64,000 nt of DNA from Syntrophorhabdaceae bacterium (GTDB lineage Bacteria > Desulfobacterota > Syntrophorhabdia > Syntrophorhabdales > Syntrophorhabdaceae). The position numbers and the translations under genes were made by a program. The stretch covers positions 1,088,001 through 1,152,000 of the forward strand of contig CAXXUO010000001.1 of assembly GCA_963666485.2 (NCBI GenBank), given 5' to 3'. The notes under the pieces were generated by a model. That model was not told where the DNA came from, searched no databases, and saw nothing but the letters and a program-made list of their open reading frames with translations. Shown piece by piece: positions 33,083-43,513 of this stretch (the stretch's first letter is position 1; each line of letters begins with the position of its first letter).

Positions 33083-33126
33083 TGTTCATGCCCCCGGGTA
33101 TCGTGATGGATCTTTCGGCATCAGGA

Positions 33127-33573
33127 TCATTCCCGCGCTGTGTTCGCTCTCACTATTGTCCGGCGAGGTGCTCTCTTCGCCGGGTGGAACCCGAGTTTCG
33201 CCAGTTCATCAGCAAGTTTCGCCTTGTGTATCGGTTTTACCAGGTAGCTCTCGCACTGCGCCCTGAATGATCTCATAATGTCCCGGAAATCGTCGAGGGC
33301 CGTGGTCATCATTACCTTGACACCATTCAGGCCCGTTATTCCCCTGCTCTCTTCCATGTTCCTGATCTTTTTGAGGACCTCCTGCCCGTCCATCCTCGGC
33401 ATCATGATGTCGAGGCAGACAAGGTCATAGGGTTGCCGGGAATTGAGGGCATATTCGAAGGCTTCGACGGCCTCTATCCCATCAACGCTCAGGTCGACCT
33501 TCCCATAGCCCGAGAGCATCTTCATCAGGATCTTGGCACTCGTGATGTCATCCTCGGCAATAAGTATTTTCAT
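33127..33573 (-). CDS. Single-domain response regulator (CheY-like), paralogue of 28250-28645
   Basis: [23 protein letters not shown]. Confidence 0.92.
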   Translation of the reverse strand: MKILIAEDDITSAKILMKMLSGYGKVDLSVDGIEAVEAFEYALNSRQPYDLVCLDIMMPRMDGQEVLKKIRNMEESRGITGLNGVKVMMTTALDDFRDIMRSFRAQCESYLVKPIHKAKLADELAKLGFHPAKRAPRRTIVRANTARE

Positions 33574-35140
33574 GAGCCCCTTCCTCCTTTTCATTCAGGG
33601 AATGTGCATTGAAACTGAGGCTGACGTTAAAGGTCGACCCGTTCCTGCCGTCGCTTACGACCCAGACATCGCCCCCCATCATCCGGACAAGCTCCTTGAC
33701 GATGGCCAGTCCGAGGCCTGTCCCGCCGTATTCACGCGTTGTCGAGGGGTCGGCCTGGGTGAATTTCTCGAAAATAATGCCCTGCTTATCTGACGGGATC
33801 CCTATCCCGGTATCCTGCACGGCGAAAAGCACCGGGACCTTGCCGTTCCCGTTCCCGCCCATATCCCGCGAGACCTTTCCATTGATCCGCGAGACCCTTA
33901 CGGAGACGGAGCCTTCCCGTGTGAATTTTATGGCGTTCCCGATGAGATTGAGCAATACCTGCCTTAACCTGACCGGATCGCCCCGAAGTATTTCCGGAAG
34001 TCCGGGATCGATGGCGTATTCGTAGGCGAGGTCCTTCCCGCGTGCCTTTGCCGAGAGAATGTTGACGCTCTCACTGACAACATTGCCCAGGCTGAAGTCT
34101 ATATCCTCGAGTTCGATCTTCTGGGCCTCGATCCTCGAATAATCGAGGATGTTGTTTATCAGCATCAACAGGGTGTTGGCACAACCGCCTATATCGCGGG
34201 CATACTCGGCCTGTTCGTCCGTGAGGTCAGTGTCGAAGAGCAGCTCGCTCATCCCGATGATCCCGTTGAGCGGTGTCCTGATCTCGTGGCTCATGTTCGC
34301 AAGGAACGCACCCTTCATCCTGCTTGCACTCTCCGCCATCTCCTTCGCGCGCCGCATTTCCCGCATGGCTTTTTTCCGCTCCGTCACGTCAAGCAGTGAC
34401 GCGATCAACTGCATTGTCCCCGGTATCCTGTTTATGGTCGCGATAATGTCCCGCAGGGAGCCGTCCCTCACCCTCACGGCGAGCTCCAGCTGTTTCGGCG
34501 AGGCCATGCCGTCATCCATGCAGGTTTTGAAATAACTCTTCATTTCCTCGCAATCCTTGTCGGAAGCAAGGCAGGCCGAAAATGAGGCACCCTCCACCTC
34601 GGGCCTTTTGTACCCGAGGTCCCGTTCAAATTCGCCGTTTACCCGGGACACGATCATATCGGGTTCGATGATGACCGTGGGGTTCCCCGTGTTCTCGAAC
34701 ATTGCCCTGTAGCGCTCCTCGGATGCCCTGAGCTTCAAGTCCATCGCATGGCGATATATGCCGATCTTTATGGCGATATCGAGCTCCTGGTCGTTGAAGG
34801 GCTTCACCAGGTAGCCGTAAGGGGCCGCGGTTTGCGCCCGCTCCACCGTCACGTCGTCTGCGAATGCCGTGAGAAAAATGAACGGTATGTCACGGGTGTT
34901 CTTGATGACGTTTGCCGTTTCGATCCCGTCCATGGTCCCCTTGAGCATGATGTCCATTAAAACGAGGTCCGGTGCCGCGGCATCTATCTTTTCGATCGCC
35001 TCCGGGCCGGACGCCGCGCTTCCGCAGATATGGTATCCAAGGATACCAAGCCTGTTCCTGATATCCATGGCTACTATTTTTTCGTCTTCAACGACGAATA
35101 TTTTCTTCCTGCCGCTTTGAGGAATGTTCTCTGAGATCAT
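33548..35140 (-). CDS. REC-PAS-HisKA-HATPase histidine kinase
   Basis: [27 protein letters not shown]; start uncertain. Confidence 0.92.
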   Translation of the reverse strand: MISENIPQSGRKKIFVVEDEKIVAMDIRNRLGILGYHICGSAASGPEAIEKIDAAAPDLVLMDIMLKGTMDGIETANVIKNTRDIPFIFLTAFADDVTVERAQTAAPYGYLVKPFNDQELDIAIKIGIYRHAMDLKLRASEERYRAMFENTGNPTVIIEPDMIVSRVNGEFERDLGYKRPEVEGASFSACLASDKDCEEMKSYFKTCMDDGMASPKQLELAVRVRDGSLRDIIATINRIPGTMQLIASLLDVTERKKAMREMRRAKEMAESASRMKGAFLANMSHEIRTPLNGIIGMSELLFDTDLTDEQAEYARDIGGCANTLLMLINNILDYSRIEAQKIELEDIDFSLGNVVSESVNILSAKARGKDLAYEYAIDPGLPEILRGDPVRLRQVLLNLIGNAIKFTREGSVSVRVSRINGKVSRDMGGNGNGKVPVLFAVQDTGIGIPSDKQGIIFEKFTQADPSTTREYGGTGLGLAIVKELVRMMGGDVWVVSDGRNGSTFNVSLSFNAHSLNEKEEGAHENTYCRG

Positions 35141-35171
35141 GCCGGTCACGCCTTTTATGAAACAGTTAGCA

Positions 35172-35207
35172 TGTGCCCGCCGCCCTCCAAAAAGGGCGGC
35201 GGGCACA
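35172..35207. promoter_or_regulatory. 15-bp GC-rich hairpin after cheW (RNA stabiliser or attenuator)
   Basis: tgtgcccgccgccct-ccaaaa-agggcggcgggcaca; no clear U-tract on the coding strand. Confidence 0.7.
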
Positions 35208-35220
35208 AATTCGCTTTTGT

Positions 35221-35742
35221 CTATACAGCCATCTTCTTGTCTTTGCGGTCCTCCAGGGCGGCGCTCAGTTCCGTCACGAGGTCAATATCCTCCGTGGAGA
35301 AGACCTTGTCGATGTTGAGGATGATAATGAAAGCGTCGTCGCGCTTCCCCATTCCCTTGATGAATTCGGTCTTAAGCTGCGTTCCGATCTTGGGCGCGGG
35401 CTCTATCTGGTCAGGTTCCAGTTCGAAAACCTCCTGGACTGAATCGACAAGCGCGCCTATAATGGTCGTCTCGTTCTCGAACGTCACCTCGACCACGATG
35501 ATGCATGTGTTGATGGTCCTTTCCGTCCGGCTGAGCCCGAACTTGAGGCGCATGTCGAGCACCGGGACGACGCTCCCGCGCAGGTTGATCACCCCTCTCA
35601 TGAATTCAGGGGTCTTCGGGACCTTGGTCACCGTCGTGAATTCCAGTATCTCGCGGACATTTGCCACGTCGAGACCGAAGATCTCCTCGCTCAGTTTAAA
35701 TGTCAGGTACTGCCGTGTCTGTGTTATGCCGGTCACGCTCAT
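35221..35742 (-). CDS. cheW: Chemotaxis adaptor CheW
   Basis: [31 protein letters not shown]. Confidence 0.96.
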   Translation of the reverse strand: MSVTGITQTRQYLTFKLSEEIFGLDVANVREILEFTTVTKVPKTPEFMRGVINLRGSVVPVLDMRLKFGLSRTERTINTCIIVVEVTFENETTIIGALVDSVQEVFELEPDQIEPAPKIGTQLKTEFIKGMGKRDDAFIIILNIDKVFSTEDIDLVTELSAALEDRKDKKMAV

Positions 35743-35753
35743 GGAGGGCCTCC

Positions 35754-38700
35754 TTAGAATCTCTCGAAGTCGTCGTCGAGATTGTCAGCCATGTCGATGT
35801 TGATGCCCGACCCTGACCACTGACCGTTGCCGTTCCTGCCGTCCTTCTTCGTTTTCTTCCCCGCTGCCGGTTCTGCTTTCGCTTTCGCCATCGCCTTCGG
35901 GGCCGCGTGTGCGTGCTGCATGGGCTTGCGGGCATTGAAATTCCGTGCGCCGGAACCGCTGTTCTCTACCCTGAAGAAAGCTATGGTGTCGAGCAGCTGG
36001 TTCGATTGCCCGGCAAGTTCCTCTGTCGTTGACGCGATCTGCTCCGCGGCGGATGCATTCTGCTGGATGACCTGGTCAAGCTGCTGGATGGCCCGGTTGA
36101 TCTGCTCCGCACCGGAGTTCTGCTCGTTGCAGGCAGCGTTGATCTCCTGGACAAGCTCCGCCGTTTTCTGGATATCCGGTACGATCCGTGTGAGCATCTC
36201 GCCGGCTTTTTCCGCAACGTCGACGCTGCTTGCAGACAGTTTGTTGATCTCGGCTGCAGCCGTCTGGCTTCTTTCCGCCAGCTTTCTTACTTCCGTTGCG
36301 ACAACCGCGAATCCTTTGCCGTGCTCACCGGCGCGCGCTGCTTCGATCGCCGCGTTGAGCGCCAGGAGGTTCGTCTGCCGTGCGATCTCTTCGATGATCG
36401 AGATCTTGTTCGCTATCTCCTTCATTGCCGCTACGGTCTCGGTGACGGCCCTTCCGCCTTCCTGCGCATCACCTGCCGTCTTCTGGGCGATCTTCTCGGT
36501 CTGCTGCGCGTTGTCGGCGTTCTGCTTGATGTTTGAAACCATCTGCTCCATCGAAGAGGAAACCTCTTCGGCGGATGCCGCCTGTGTGGATGCGCCTTCG
36601 GACATCTTCTGCGCACCGCTTGACATCTCCTGGCTTCCCGAGGCGACGTTTTCGGCCGCGCCCTTGACGTCATTGACGACGCCGGTCAGTTTGTCGACCA
36701 TGGAGGCGAGAGCCCTCATGAGTTCATCCTCGGGGGACCTTTCCCTGGCCGTGACGGTCAGGTTGCCGTTGGCTATTTCCTGTGCGAGCTTTGTCACTTC
36801 ATTCATCGCGTCGATCAGGACATTGAGGTTGTTCTTGATAACGTTGTACTGGCCTTTGTACTCATCGGAGATCTTGCCGGGGATATCACCTTTCGATATC
36901 CGTTCCACGTAGTCCGCCGTCACCATGAGCGGGTTGACGATGTTCGTGATCGTGTCGTTGACACCCGACACCAGCTTGTTCCACCCGCCGATGAAGAGGT
37001 CTGCGTTCGCCCTCTGGTCGAGCTGACCGTCCGCAGCCGCCTTGATGATCTTGTCGGTCTGCTGGAGAAGCTCGGTCATCATCTTCACGACCGCGTTGAG
37101 GTTGTTCTTGATAACGTTGTACTGTCCCTTGTAGACGTCGGTGATCTCCGGCGGGATGATGCCCTTCGATACCTTGTCCACGTAATCCGCCGTGACCATG
37201 AGCGGGTTGACGATGTTGGTCACAATTTCGTTGACGCCGAGGACGAGCTTCTTCCATCCTCCGATAAAGAGGTCGGCATCTGCCCGTTTGTCGAGTTCGC
37301 CGTCGGCAGCGGCCGTGATGACCTTGCCGGCCTCGGTGAGCAGGTTGTTCATGATATCGATGCAATTATTGAGGTTGTTCTTGATCTCGTTGAAGTCACC
37401 CTGGTATTCATCAGTGATCCTCTGCGGAATGTCGCCCTTCGAGATCCTGTCCACGTACTCCGCCGCCACGTTGAGAGGCCCGATAACCGCGTCGAGGGTT
37501 TCGTTGACGCCCTGGACGATCTTGCGATAGTCGCCCTGGTGCTTCGATGCGTCGGCCCTTGTCGCGAGCTTGCCTGCGACTGCCGCTTCGACGAGCAGGT
37601 TGGCGTCGGCCACGAGGGCGTTCATATTGTCGATGCAGTTGTTCAGGTTGTTCTTTATTTCGTTAAAATCGCCGTTGTAGGAATCGCTGATCCTCTGCGG
37701 GATGTCGCCCTTCGAGATCCTGTCCACGTACTCCGCCGCCACGTTGAGGGGCCCGATGACCGCATCGAGCGTGTCGTTGACGCCCTCGACGATCTTGCGG
37801 AAGTCTCCCTGGTGTTTCGATGCGTCGGCCCTGGTTGCGAGCTTGCCTTCTACCGCGGCCATCGCCAGTACATTCGCATCGGCCACGAGCAGGTTCACCG
37901 CTTCGATGCAGTTGTTCAGGTTGTTCTTTATTTCGTTAAAATCGCCGTTGTAGGAATCACTGATCGTCTGCGGGATGTCGCCCTTCGAGATCCTGTCCAC
38001 GTACTCCGCCGCCACGTTGAGGGGCCCGATGACCGCATCGAGGGTTTCGTTGAATCCCCGCATGAGTTTCTTGTACACGCCGGCGAGCTGGTCAGCGTCA
38101 GCCCGGGCGTCGAGCTTACCCTGTGTTGCCGCTGTTATCAGGACCCCCGTCTGGTCGACAAGTGTCGATATCGCGTCAATGCAGGTATTGAGGTTGTTCT
38201 TGATCTCGTTGAAATCACCGTTGTACTCGTCCGTGATCTTCTGCGGGATGTCGCCCTTCGAGATCCTGTCCACGTACTCGGCCGCCACGTTGAGAGGCCC
38301 GATGACCGCGTCGAGCGTGTCGTTCACGCCCTCAACGATCTTCCGGTATTCACCCTGGTGCCTCGACGCGTCAGCGCGGGTTGCGAGCTTGCCTTCCACC
38401 GCCGCCTTCGCCAGCATGCCTGTGTCGTTGATGAGGTTGTCGATCGTTTCCAGGCACCCGATGATAGCCGGAAGCAGATGGTCTTCTTCGCTTCTCTTGC
38501 CTACCTTTATCAGCTCGGGCAACTCCTTTGTATCGCCGAGGGCGATCTCGTTGATCTGGCGGGTCACGCCGCGGAGCCGTTCCCTCACCTCGTTGACCGA
38601 TTTTCCGATCGACGCGAAAACCCCCTGGTATACCCCTTCAACACTCTTGCTGTGGTCGTTGAGCGTCATCCTGTGGAGGACCGCGTCGGCCTCGACAAGG

Positions 38701-40073
38701 CCCTGCAGCCCGTCGATACAGTTGTTGAGGTTGTTCTTTATTTCATTGAAATCGCCGTTATATTCATCCGTGATCTTCTGGGGTATCTCGCCCTTCGAGA
38801 TCCGGTCCACGTACTCGGCCGCCACGTTGAGAGGCCCTATGACCGCATCGAGCGTCTCATTGACGCCCTGAACGATCTTCTGGTATTCACCCTGGTGCCT
38901 CGATGCGTCCGCGCGGGTCGCGAGCTTGCCTTCCACGGCCGCTTTTGCCAGCATGCCGGTGTCGTTGATGAGGTTGTCGATCGTTTCCATGCACCCGATA
39001 ACGGCGGGGAGAAGGCGGTCTTCGTCGCTTCTCTTGCCTACCTTTATCAGCTCGGGCAACTCCTTTGTATCGCCGAGGGCGATCTCGTTGATCTGGCGGG
39101 TCACGCCGAGAAGGCGATCCTTGACCTCATTGACGGCTTTCCCGATCGACGCGAAAACTCCCTGGTATACACCTTCAACAGATTTGGTGTGGTCGTTGAG
39201 GGTCATCCTGTGGAGGACCGCGTCGGCCTCGACAAGGCCCTGCAGCCCGTCGATGCAGTTGTTGAGGTTGTTCTTGATCTCGTTAAAATCGCCGTTGTAG
39301 GAATCTGTGATCTTCTGGGGTATCTCGCCCTTCGAGATCCTGTCCACATACTCGGCCGCGACGTTGAGAGGTCCGATGACGGAGTCGAGGGTGTCGTTCA
39401 CGCCCTCAACGATCTTGCGATAGTCGCCCTGGTGCTTCGACGCGTCGGCGCGGGTCGCGAGCTTGCCTTCCACGGCAGCCTGGGCCAGCATGTTGGCATC
39501 CTTTACCAGTTCCTTCAGATTGGTCCGGAGGTTCTCCAGGTTTTCGTTGATAAATGCCTTCTTGCCGGGGAATTTCTCGAGTTCCGCTTCGAAATTGCCC
39601 CGTGCGAATTCGGCGACACACGCCATGGCTTTCTTCTTTACCGATATGTGGCCGTTCACCATGTCGTTGACGCCGCGTGCCATCACCTGGAATTCACCCT
39701 TGAACTTCGCAACATCCATGACGACATCGATGTCGCCGAGGTCGTGCTGCCTGCTCATGTTCGTCATCTCGGTGACAAGGTCGAGAAGGTTCTTCTTGAG
39801 CATGTCCAGCTTCTCGTTGGCCACCGCCTGTTTGCCCGGCAACCTGTCGAGGGATTTTGCAAGGTCGCCCTCGGCATAACTGCCCACGACGTCGAGGATC
39901 CTGACGGCATTGTCCACGTGGAGCTTTGTCACCTGGTTCACGTAATCGGCCATCTGCCTGAATTCGTCATCAAGGCCGGCTGTCGGTATGAAATGATCGA
40001 TATCGCCCGCCTTGTGACTGTCGAGCATCGTTTTGAGCTCGCCCATAAAAATGTCTTTTGCCTTGTTGCCCAT
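35754..40073 (-). CDS. Soluble methyl-accepting chemotaxis protein with long poly-HAMP array and C-terminal pentapeptide
   Basis: [27 protein letters not shown] hairpin tip; ~91-aa repeats; no TM; ends DFERF. Confidence 0.96.
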   Translation of the reverse strand: MGNKAKDIFMGELKTMLDSHKAGDIDHFIPTAGLDDEFRQMADYVNQVTKLHVDNAVRILDVVGSYAEGDLAKSLDRLPGKQAVANEKLDMLKKNLLDLVTEMTNMSRQHDLGDIDVVMDVAKFKGEFQVMARGVNDMVNGHISVKKKAMACVAEFARGNFEAELEKFPGKKAFINENLENLRTNLKELVKDANMLAQAAVEGKLATRADASKHQGDYRKIVEGVNDTLDSVIGPLNVAAEYVDRISKGEIPQKITDSYNGDFNEIKNNLNNCIDGLQGLVEADAVLHRMTLNDHTKSVEGVYQGVFASIGKAVNEVKDRLLGVTRQINEIALGDTKELPELIKVGKRSDEDRLLPAVIGCMETIDNLINDTGMLAKAAVEGKLATRADASRHQGEYQKIVQGVNETLDAVIGPLNVAAEYVDRISKGEIPQKITDEYNGDFNEIKNNLNNCIDGLQGLVEADAVLHRMTLNDHSKSVEGVYQGVFASIGKSVNEVRERLRGVTRQINEIALGDTKELPELIKVGKRSEEDHLLPAIIGCLETIDNLINDTGMLAKAAVEGKLATRADASRHQGEYRKIVEGVNDTLDAVIGPLNVAAEYVDRISKGDIPQKITDEYNGDFNEIKNNLNTCIDAISTLVDQTGVLITAATQGKLDARADADQLAGVYKKLMRGFNETLDAVIGPLNVAAEYVDRISKGDIPQTISDSYNGDFNEIKNNLNNCIEAVNLLVADANVLAMAAVEGKLATRADASKHQGDFRKIVEGVNDTLDAVIGPLNVAAEYVDRISKGDIPQRISDSYNGDFNEIKNNLNNCIDNMNALVADANLLVEAAVAGKLATRADASKHQGDYRKIVQGVNETLDAVIGPLNVAAEYVDRISKGDIPQRITDEYQGDFNEIKNNLNNCIDIMNNLLTEAGKVITAAADGELDKRADADLFIGGWKKLVLGVNEIVTNIVNPLMVTADYVDKVSKGIIPPEITDVYKGQYNVIKNNLNAVVKMMTELLQQTDKIIKAAADGQLDQRANADLFIGGWNKLVSGVNDTITNIVNPLMVTADYVERISKGDIPGKISDEYKGQYNVIKNNLNVLIDAMNEVTKLAQEIANGNLTVTARERSPEDELMRALASMVDKLTGVVNDVKGAAENVASGSQEMSSGAQKMSEGASTQAASAEEVSSSMEQMVSNIKQNADNAQQTEKIAQKTAGDAQEGGRAVTETVAAMKEIANKISIIEEIARQTNLLALNAAIEAARAGEHGKGFAVVATEVRKLAERSQTAAAEINKLSASSVDVAEKAGEMLTRIVPDIQKTAELVQEINAACNEQNSGAEQINRAIQQLDQVIQQNASAAEQIASTTEELAGQSNQLLDTIAFFRVENSGSGARNFNARKPMQHAHAAPKAMAKAKAEPAAGKKTKKDGRNGNGQWSGSGINIDMADNLDDDFERF
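36780..39500 (-). repeat. Intragenic tandem repeats of 273 bp and 537 bp in the MCP gene
   Basis: [16 protein letters not shown] x6 plus [10 protein letters not shown] x2; DNA anchors at 38281/38818/39355 and 36825/37098. Confidence 0.92.
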
Positions 40074-40145
40074 ACTATACCCTCCTTCCTTTCTGTATTA
40101 TTTCAAGATCTTTTATCCTGGTTCCGGTAAGCAATGCCTCACCTC

Positions 40146-40748
40146 CTAAAAGCACAATAAACGTGCGGTTTTTACGTTCCTTAAGGTCGTGGAGATCATA
40201 TCAGTGATTCCTTTATTGCTCGGGTGCTCGTGGCCTGCGAACAGGTGCCGGATCTTCAGGCTGCTGAGCAGCTCCAGGGTCTCGACGAATTCCGGCGCAT
40301 ACGTCCCGCCGACCGACAGTATCCGCAGGGATGTATCGCCCGAAAAAAGGACCCCTTCTTCCTCGCAATAGATGCATATAGAATCGCTCGAATGTCCCGG
40401 CGCGTGGATGATACGGCACATGCGATCGGCAATATGGATGAACTGGCCATCGGACAACAACTCGTCAACGTGCGGCCCATCGGAGAATGCATACACCTTC
40501 GGGTGGTAAAGCCTTACGATCTCGGGAAGGTTCCCCATATGGTCGAAGTGGTTGTGCGTGAGGATCACCTGGTCCACGCGCCTTTTCCCCACGCCAGTCG
40601 GTGCCTGCTCGATCGCCTGGAAGACCGAAGGGTCGCTCCCGACATCGATGAGCGTGTTCACGTCCTCCAACCGGCTCCACGTACCGAGCGCCAGGTAGGC
40701 GTTTGAGGAATAGACGGTATTGTCGGGATTGAGCAGCTGCACTTTCAT
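40146..40748 (-). CDS. Metallo-beta-lactamase-fold hydrolase
   Basis: LIDVG, THNHFDH (HxHxDH), PGHS, FSGD, AGH; start overlaps the cheR stop. Confidence 0.93.
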   Translation of the reverse strand: MKVQLLNPDNTVYSSNAYLALGTWSRLEDVNTLIDVGSDPSVFQAIEQAPTGVGKRRVDQVILTHNHFDHMGNLPEIVRLYHPKVYAFSDGPHVDELLSDGQFIHIADRMCRIIHAPGHSSDSICIYCEEEGVLFSGDTSLRILSVGGTYAPEFVETLELLSSLKIRHLFAGHEHPSNKGITDMISTTLRNVKTARLLCF

Positions 40749-41359
40749 TTCACGGCCCCGTTCTTCTTGTGTATCTGGCCGTCTCCGACGACGTGTTCGA
40801 ACAGGGGGCGCATCTCTTCCGGCATCTTCTGTGTCTGCTCGGTCGCAAAATAACCGCCGGCAGTCAGGGCATTGTGAAACATCCTGATGACCTCGATCCT
40901 TTCGCTCTGCTGGAAATGAAGTAGCACGTTCTTGCACATGATGAACGTGAAATCGCTGCCCACGGGCTTGAGCGACAACAGGTTATGCTTCATGAACTGG
41001 ACGCTTCTCTTGATGGGGTCGATCACCTCGTAAAACCCTTTTTCATCAGCAGGCTTGAAATACTTCTCGAACAGGTCTCTGGGTGCTCTCTGGAGCTCTT
41101 CGTAGCTGTACACACCCTTCCGGATTATTTCGCCGAACGTGTCCTGGTCGTCGATATCCGATGCAACGATCGTGAGGTTCTTGAAGGCAAAATACCCCAT
41201 CTTCTCGGCAAGCATGATGGCGAGTGAGTACGGCTCGGGGCCCATCGCGCAGCCGGCGTCCCAGACCCTGACCTTGCTTCTGCCCATCGAGAAAGGGACG
41301 ACGTGCTTTATCGCGAGCTCGAGTATCTGCATGTCCCTGAAAAAGAAAGTGAACGCCAT
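40745..41359 (-). CDS. cheR: CheR-like SAM-dependent methyltransferase lacking the N-terminal domain
   Basis: Begins at TFFFRD; RVWDAGCAMGPEPYSLA, ASDID, HNLL, CKNVLLHF. Confidence 0.88.
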   Translation of the reverse strand: MAFTFFFRDMQILELAIKHVVPFSMGRSKVRVWDAGCAMGPEPYSLAIMLAEKMGYFAFKNLTIVASDIDDQDTFGEIIRKGVYSYEELQRAPRDLFEKYFKPADEKGFYEVIDPIKRSVQFMKHNLLSLKPVGSDFTFIMCKNVLLHFQQSERIEVIRMFHNALTAGGYFATEQTQKMPEEMRPLFEHVVGDGQIHKKNGAVK

Positions 41360-43509
41360 TAGTGCACCATTCTCCGGGCTTCGTCTATCTCGACGCACTG
41401 GATTATCTTTCCCGCATCCACGATGAGGGCCACGTTGCCGTCACCTAAGATCGTCGCCCCCGATATCCCCTCGACATCCTTGTATATCTTGCCGAGGTTC
41501 TTGATAACGGTCTGATGTTCACCGATCACGTTGTCGACGACGAACCCGACCCGCGAACCGTTCACGCCGGTGACGACTATCTGTTCGATATCCGGCAGCT
41601 CACCGTTTATCTCAAATTCCTTGCGAAGCCTTATATAGGGGACGAGCTCGCCGCGGATCGGGGCCATGTTCCGCCCGTTCGATCTCCTGACGTCCTCCCG
41701 GGTGAGCTCAACGCATTCCTCTACTATGGAGAGCGGCAGTATGTAGCGGTCATCCCCCACCCCGACGAGGAGGCCCTCGATAATGGCGAGCGTGAGCGGC
41801 AGCCTTACCGTCACGGACGTCCCCCTGCCCGGTGCGCTCTCAACCTCGATCGTCCCGCGCAGCGAATCGATGGACCTCTTCACGACATCCATGCCGACGC
41901 CTCTTCCGGAGACGTTGGTCACCTTTGGGGCTGTCGAGAAGCCCGGCATGAAGATAAGCCCGAAGAGTTCTTTATCCGTCATCTCGGCGTTCGGGGCGAT
42001 AAGCCCTCTTTCGATCGCCTTCGACCGGATCGCCTGCGTGTCGAGGCCCTTGCCGTCATCGACTATCGTGATGAGGACACTGGCGCCCGAGTGAATGGCC
42101 GAGAGCTTGATGGTGCCCGCACGGTCTTTTCCCGCGGCCTGCCTGTCGGCCGGTGTCTCGATGCCGTGGTCGATGCTGTTGCGTATGATGTGAACGAGCG
42201 GGTCGTTGAGTTTCTCGATGACCGTCTTGTCGAGCTCTGTCTCGGCGCCTTCCGTGACGAGCTCTATTTCTTTTCCCAGTTCCTGGGACAGGTCACGGAC
42301 GAGGCGCTTGAACCGCCCGAACGTCGTGCCGATGGGCAGCATCCTGATGTTCAGCGTGTTGTCCCTGAGCTCCGATGTAAGCCTTTCGATCTCTTCCGCA
42401 ACGGAGATGAACTCATTGTCTTCCGTCCCGGACGCGATCTGCGTCAGGCGCGCCTGCACGGTGACAAGTTCACCGACAAGGTTCACGAGGATATCCAGTT
42501 TTTCGGCAGGTACGCGGATGCTCGTCGCGCTTTCCTTGTCCTGGCCTGCCTGGCGTGTCATCTTGACCTGGTTTTGCTCCGCCAGGGCCGACATGACCTT
42601 GTCAGGAGAGACGAGGCCTTTTTCGACGAGCATTTCGCCGATCATTTTCTTGTCCCGCAGCACATCATGGAGGTCTTTCTCCGAGATGTCGCCCTTTTCG
42701 ATCAGGATCTGCCCCAGCTTCTTGTATTCCGTATCGCCATCGAAACCCCTGTTATCGATGACATCGATATGTATCTCGGCGCTGTCCTCGATAAATATGA
42801 ATACGTCCCTGATGACATCGACGCTCCTGTCCGTCGTTAAGATGACGTCGAAATAGGCATAGCAGGACTCGGCGTCGAGCTCATCGAGTGAGGGGACCCT
42901 GTCGAGCTGGGCTATCACCCTGCATTCCCCCAGTTCTTTAAGTTCGGACAGAATGCGCAGGGGATTGCTCCCGATCCGGAAGAGATCGGCCCCCGGGATG
43001 AAGCGGATCCGGTATGTAAGGCTTGCCGATTCCGGGTCAGGCGACGTCCCCGGCGCTTCGCCGGGCCCATCCGGGAGCTTTTCTGCAGCGGGGGACCCCG
43101 GTGCACATGCTTCTTCATCGTCTTTTTCCAGGAGCTTCTTGAAGGCTTGAACGATCTCGCCGGCATCGATCTCAAGCTGGGCCTCGTCACCGGGGGCCGG
43201 GTCGAGCATTTTTTTTATCTGGTCCCGCCCTTTGAGCGTTAAGCTGATGAGGTGAGAGGACACGCGCATCTGCCCGGAACGCACCAGGTCAAAGACCGTT
43301 TCTATCTCGTGGGTGAAGTGTGCAATGTCATCGAACCCGAACATCGCACCCGAACCTTTTATAGTGTGCATGGACCTGAAAACGCGGCCCACCAGGTCCA
43401 TATCATCAGGGTTCTCTTCGAGTTCGAGAAGGGCGATCTCGAGGTCCGCAAGGAGTTCCTGGGCCTCTTCCCGGTATGCGTCAGAGTAATTACTGTCAGT
43501 CTTCGTCAT
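41359..43509 (-). CDS. cheA: Chemotaxis histidine kinase CheA
   Basis: FRSMHTIKG P1, HIIRNSIDHG, GFSTA..SGRGVGMDVV, LPLTLAI, GATILGDG. Confidence 0.97.
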   Translation of the reverse strand: MTKTDSNYSDAYREEAQELLADLEIALLELEENPDDMDLVGRVFRSMHTIKGSGAMFGFDDIAHFTHEIETVFDLVRSGQMRVSSHLISLTLKGRDQIKKMLDPAPGDEAQLEIDAGEIVQAFKKLLEKDDEEACAPGSPAAEKLPDGPGEAPGTSPDPESASLTYRIRFIPGADLFRIGSNPLRILSELKELGECRVIAQLDRVPSLDELDAESCYAYFDVILTTDRSVDVIRDVFIFIEDSAEIHIDVIDNRGFDGDTEYKKLGQILIEKGDISEKDLHDVLRDKKMIGEMLVEKGLVSPDKVMSALAEQNQVKMTRQAGQDKESATSIRVPAEKLDILVNLVGELVTVQARLTQIASGTEDNEFISVAEEIERLTSELRDNTLNIRMLPIGTTFGRFKRLVRDLSQELGKEIELVTEGAETELDKTVIEKLNDPLVHIIRNSIDHGIETPADRQAAGKDRAGTIKLSAIHSGASVLITIVDDGKGLDTQAIRSKAIERGLIAPNAEMTDKELFGLIFMPGFSTAPKVTNVSGRGVGMDVVKRSIDSLRGTIEVESAPGRGTSVTVRLPLTLAIIEGLLVGVGDDRYILPLSIVEECVELTREDVRRSNGRNMAPIRGELVPYIRLRKEFEINGELPDIEQIVVTGVNGSRVGFVVDNVIGEHQTVIKNLGKIYKDVEGISGATILGDGNVALIVDAGKIIQCVEIDEARRMVH

Positions 43510-43513
43510 GGCC

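Noticed and set aside
36780..39500. Regularly spaced repeats as a CRISPR array or DGR template/variable repeat
   Set aside because: Repeats are in-frame coding units of 273/537 bp; no cas or reverse transcriptase genes; differences are largely synonymous
37539..40130. 863-aa plus-strand ORF antisense to the MCP
   Set aside because: Shadow ORF from codon bias amplified by the repeats; no RBS or protein-like features
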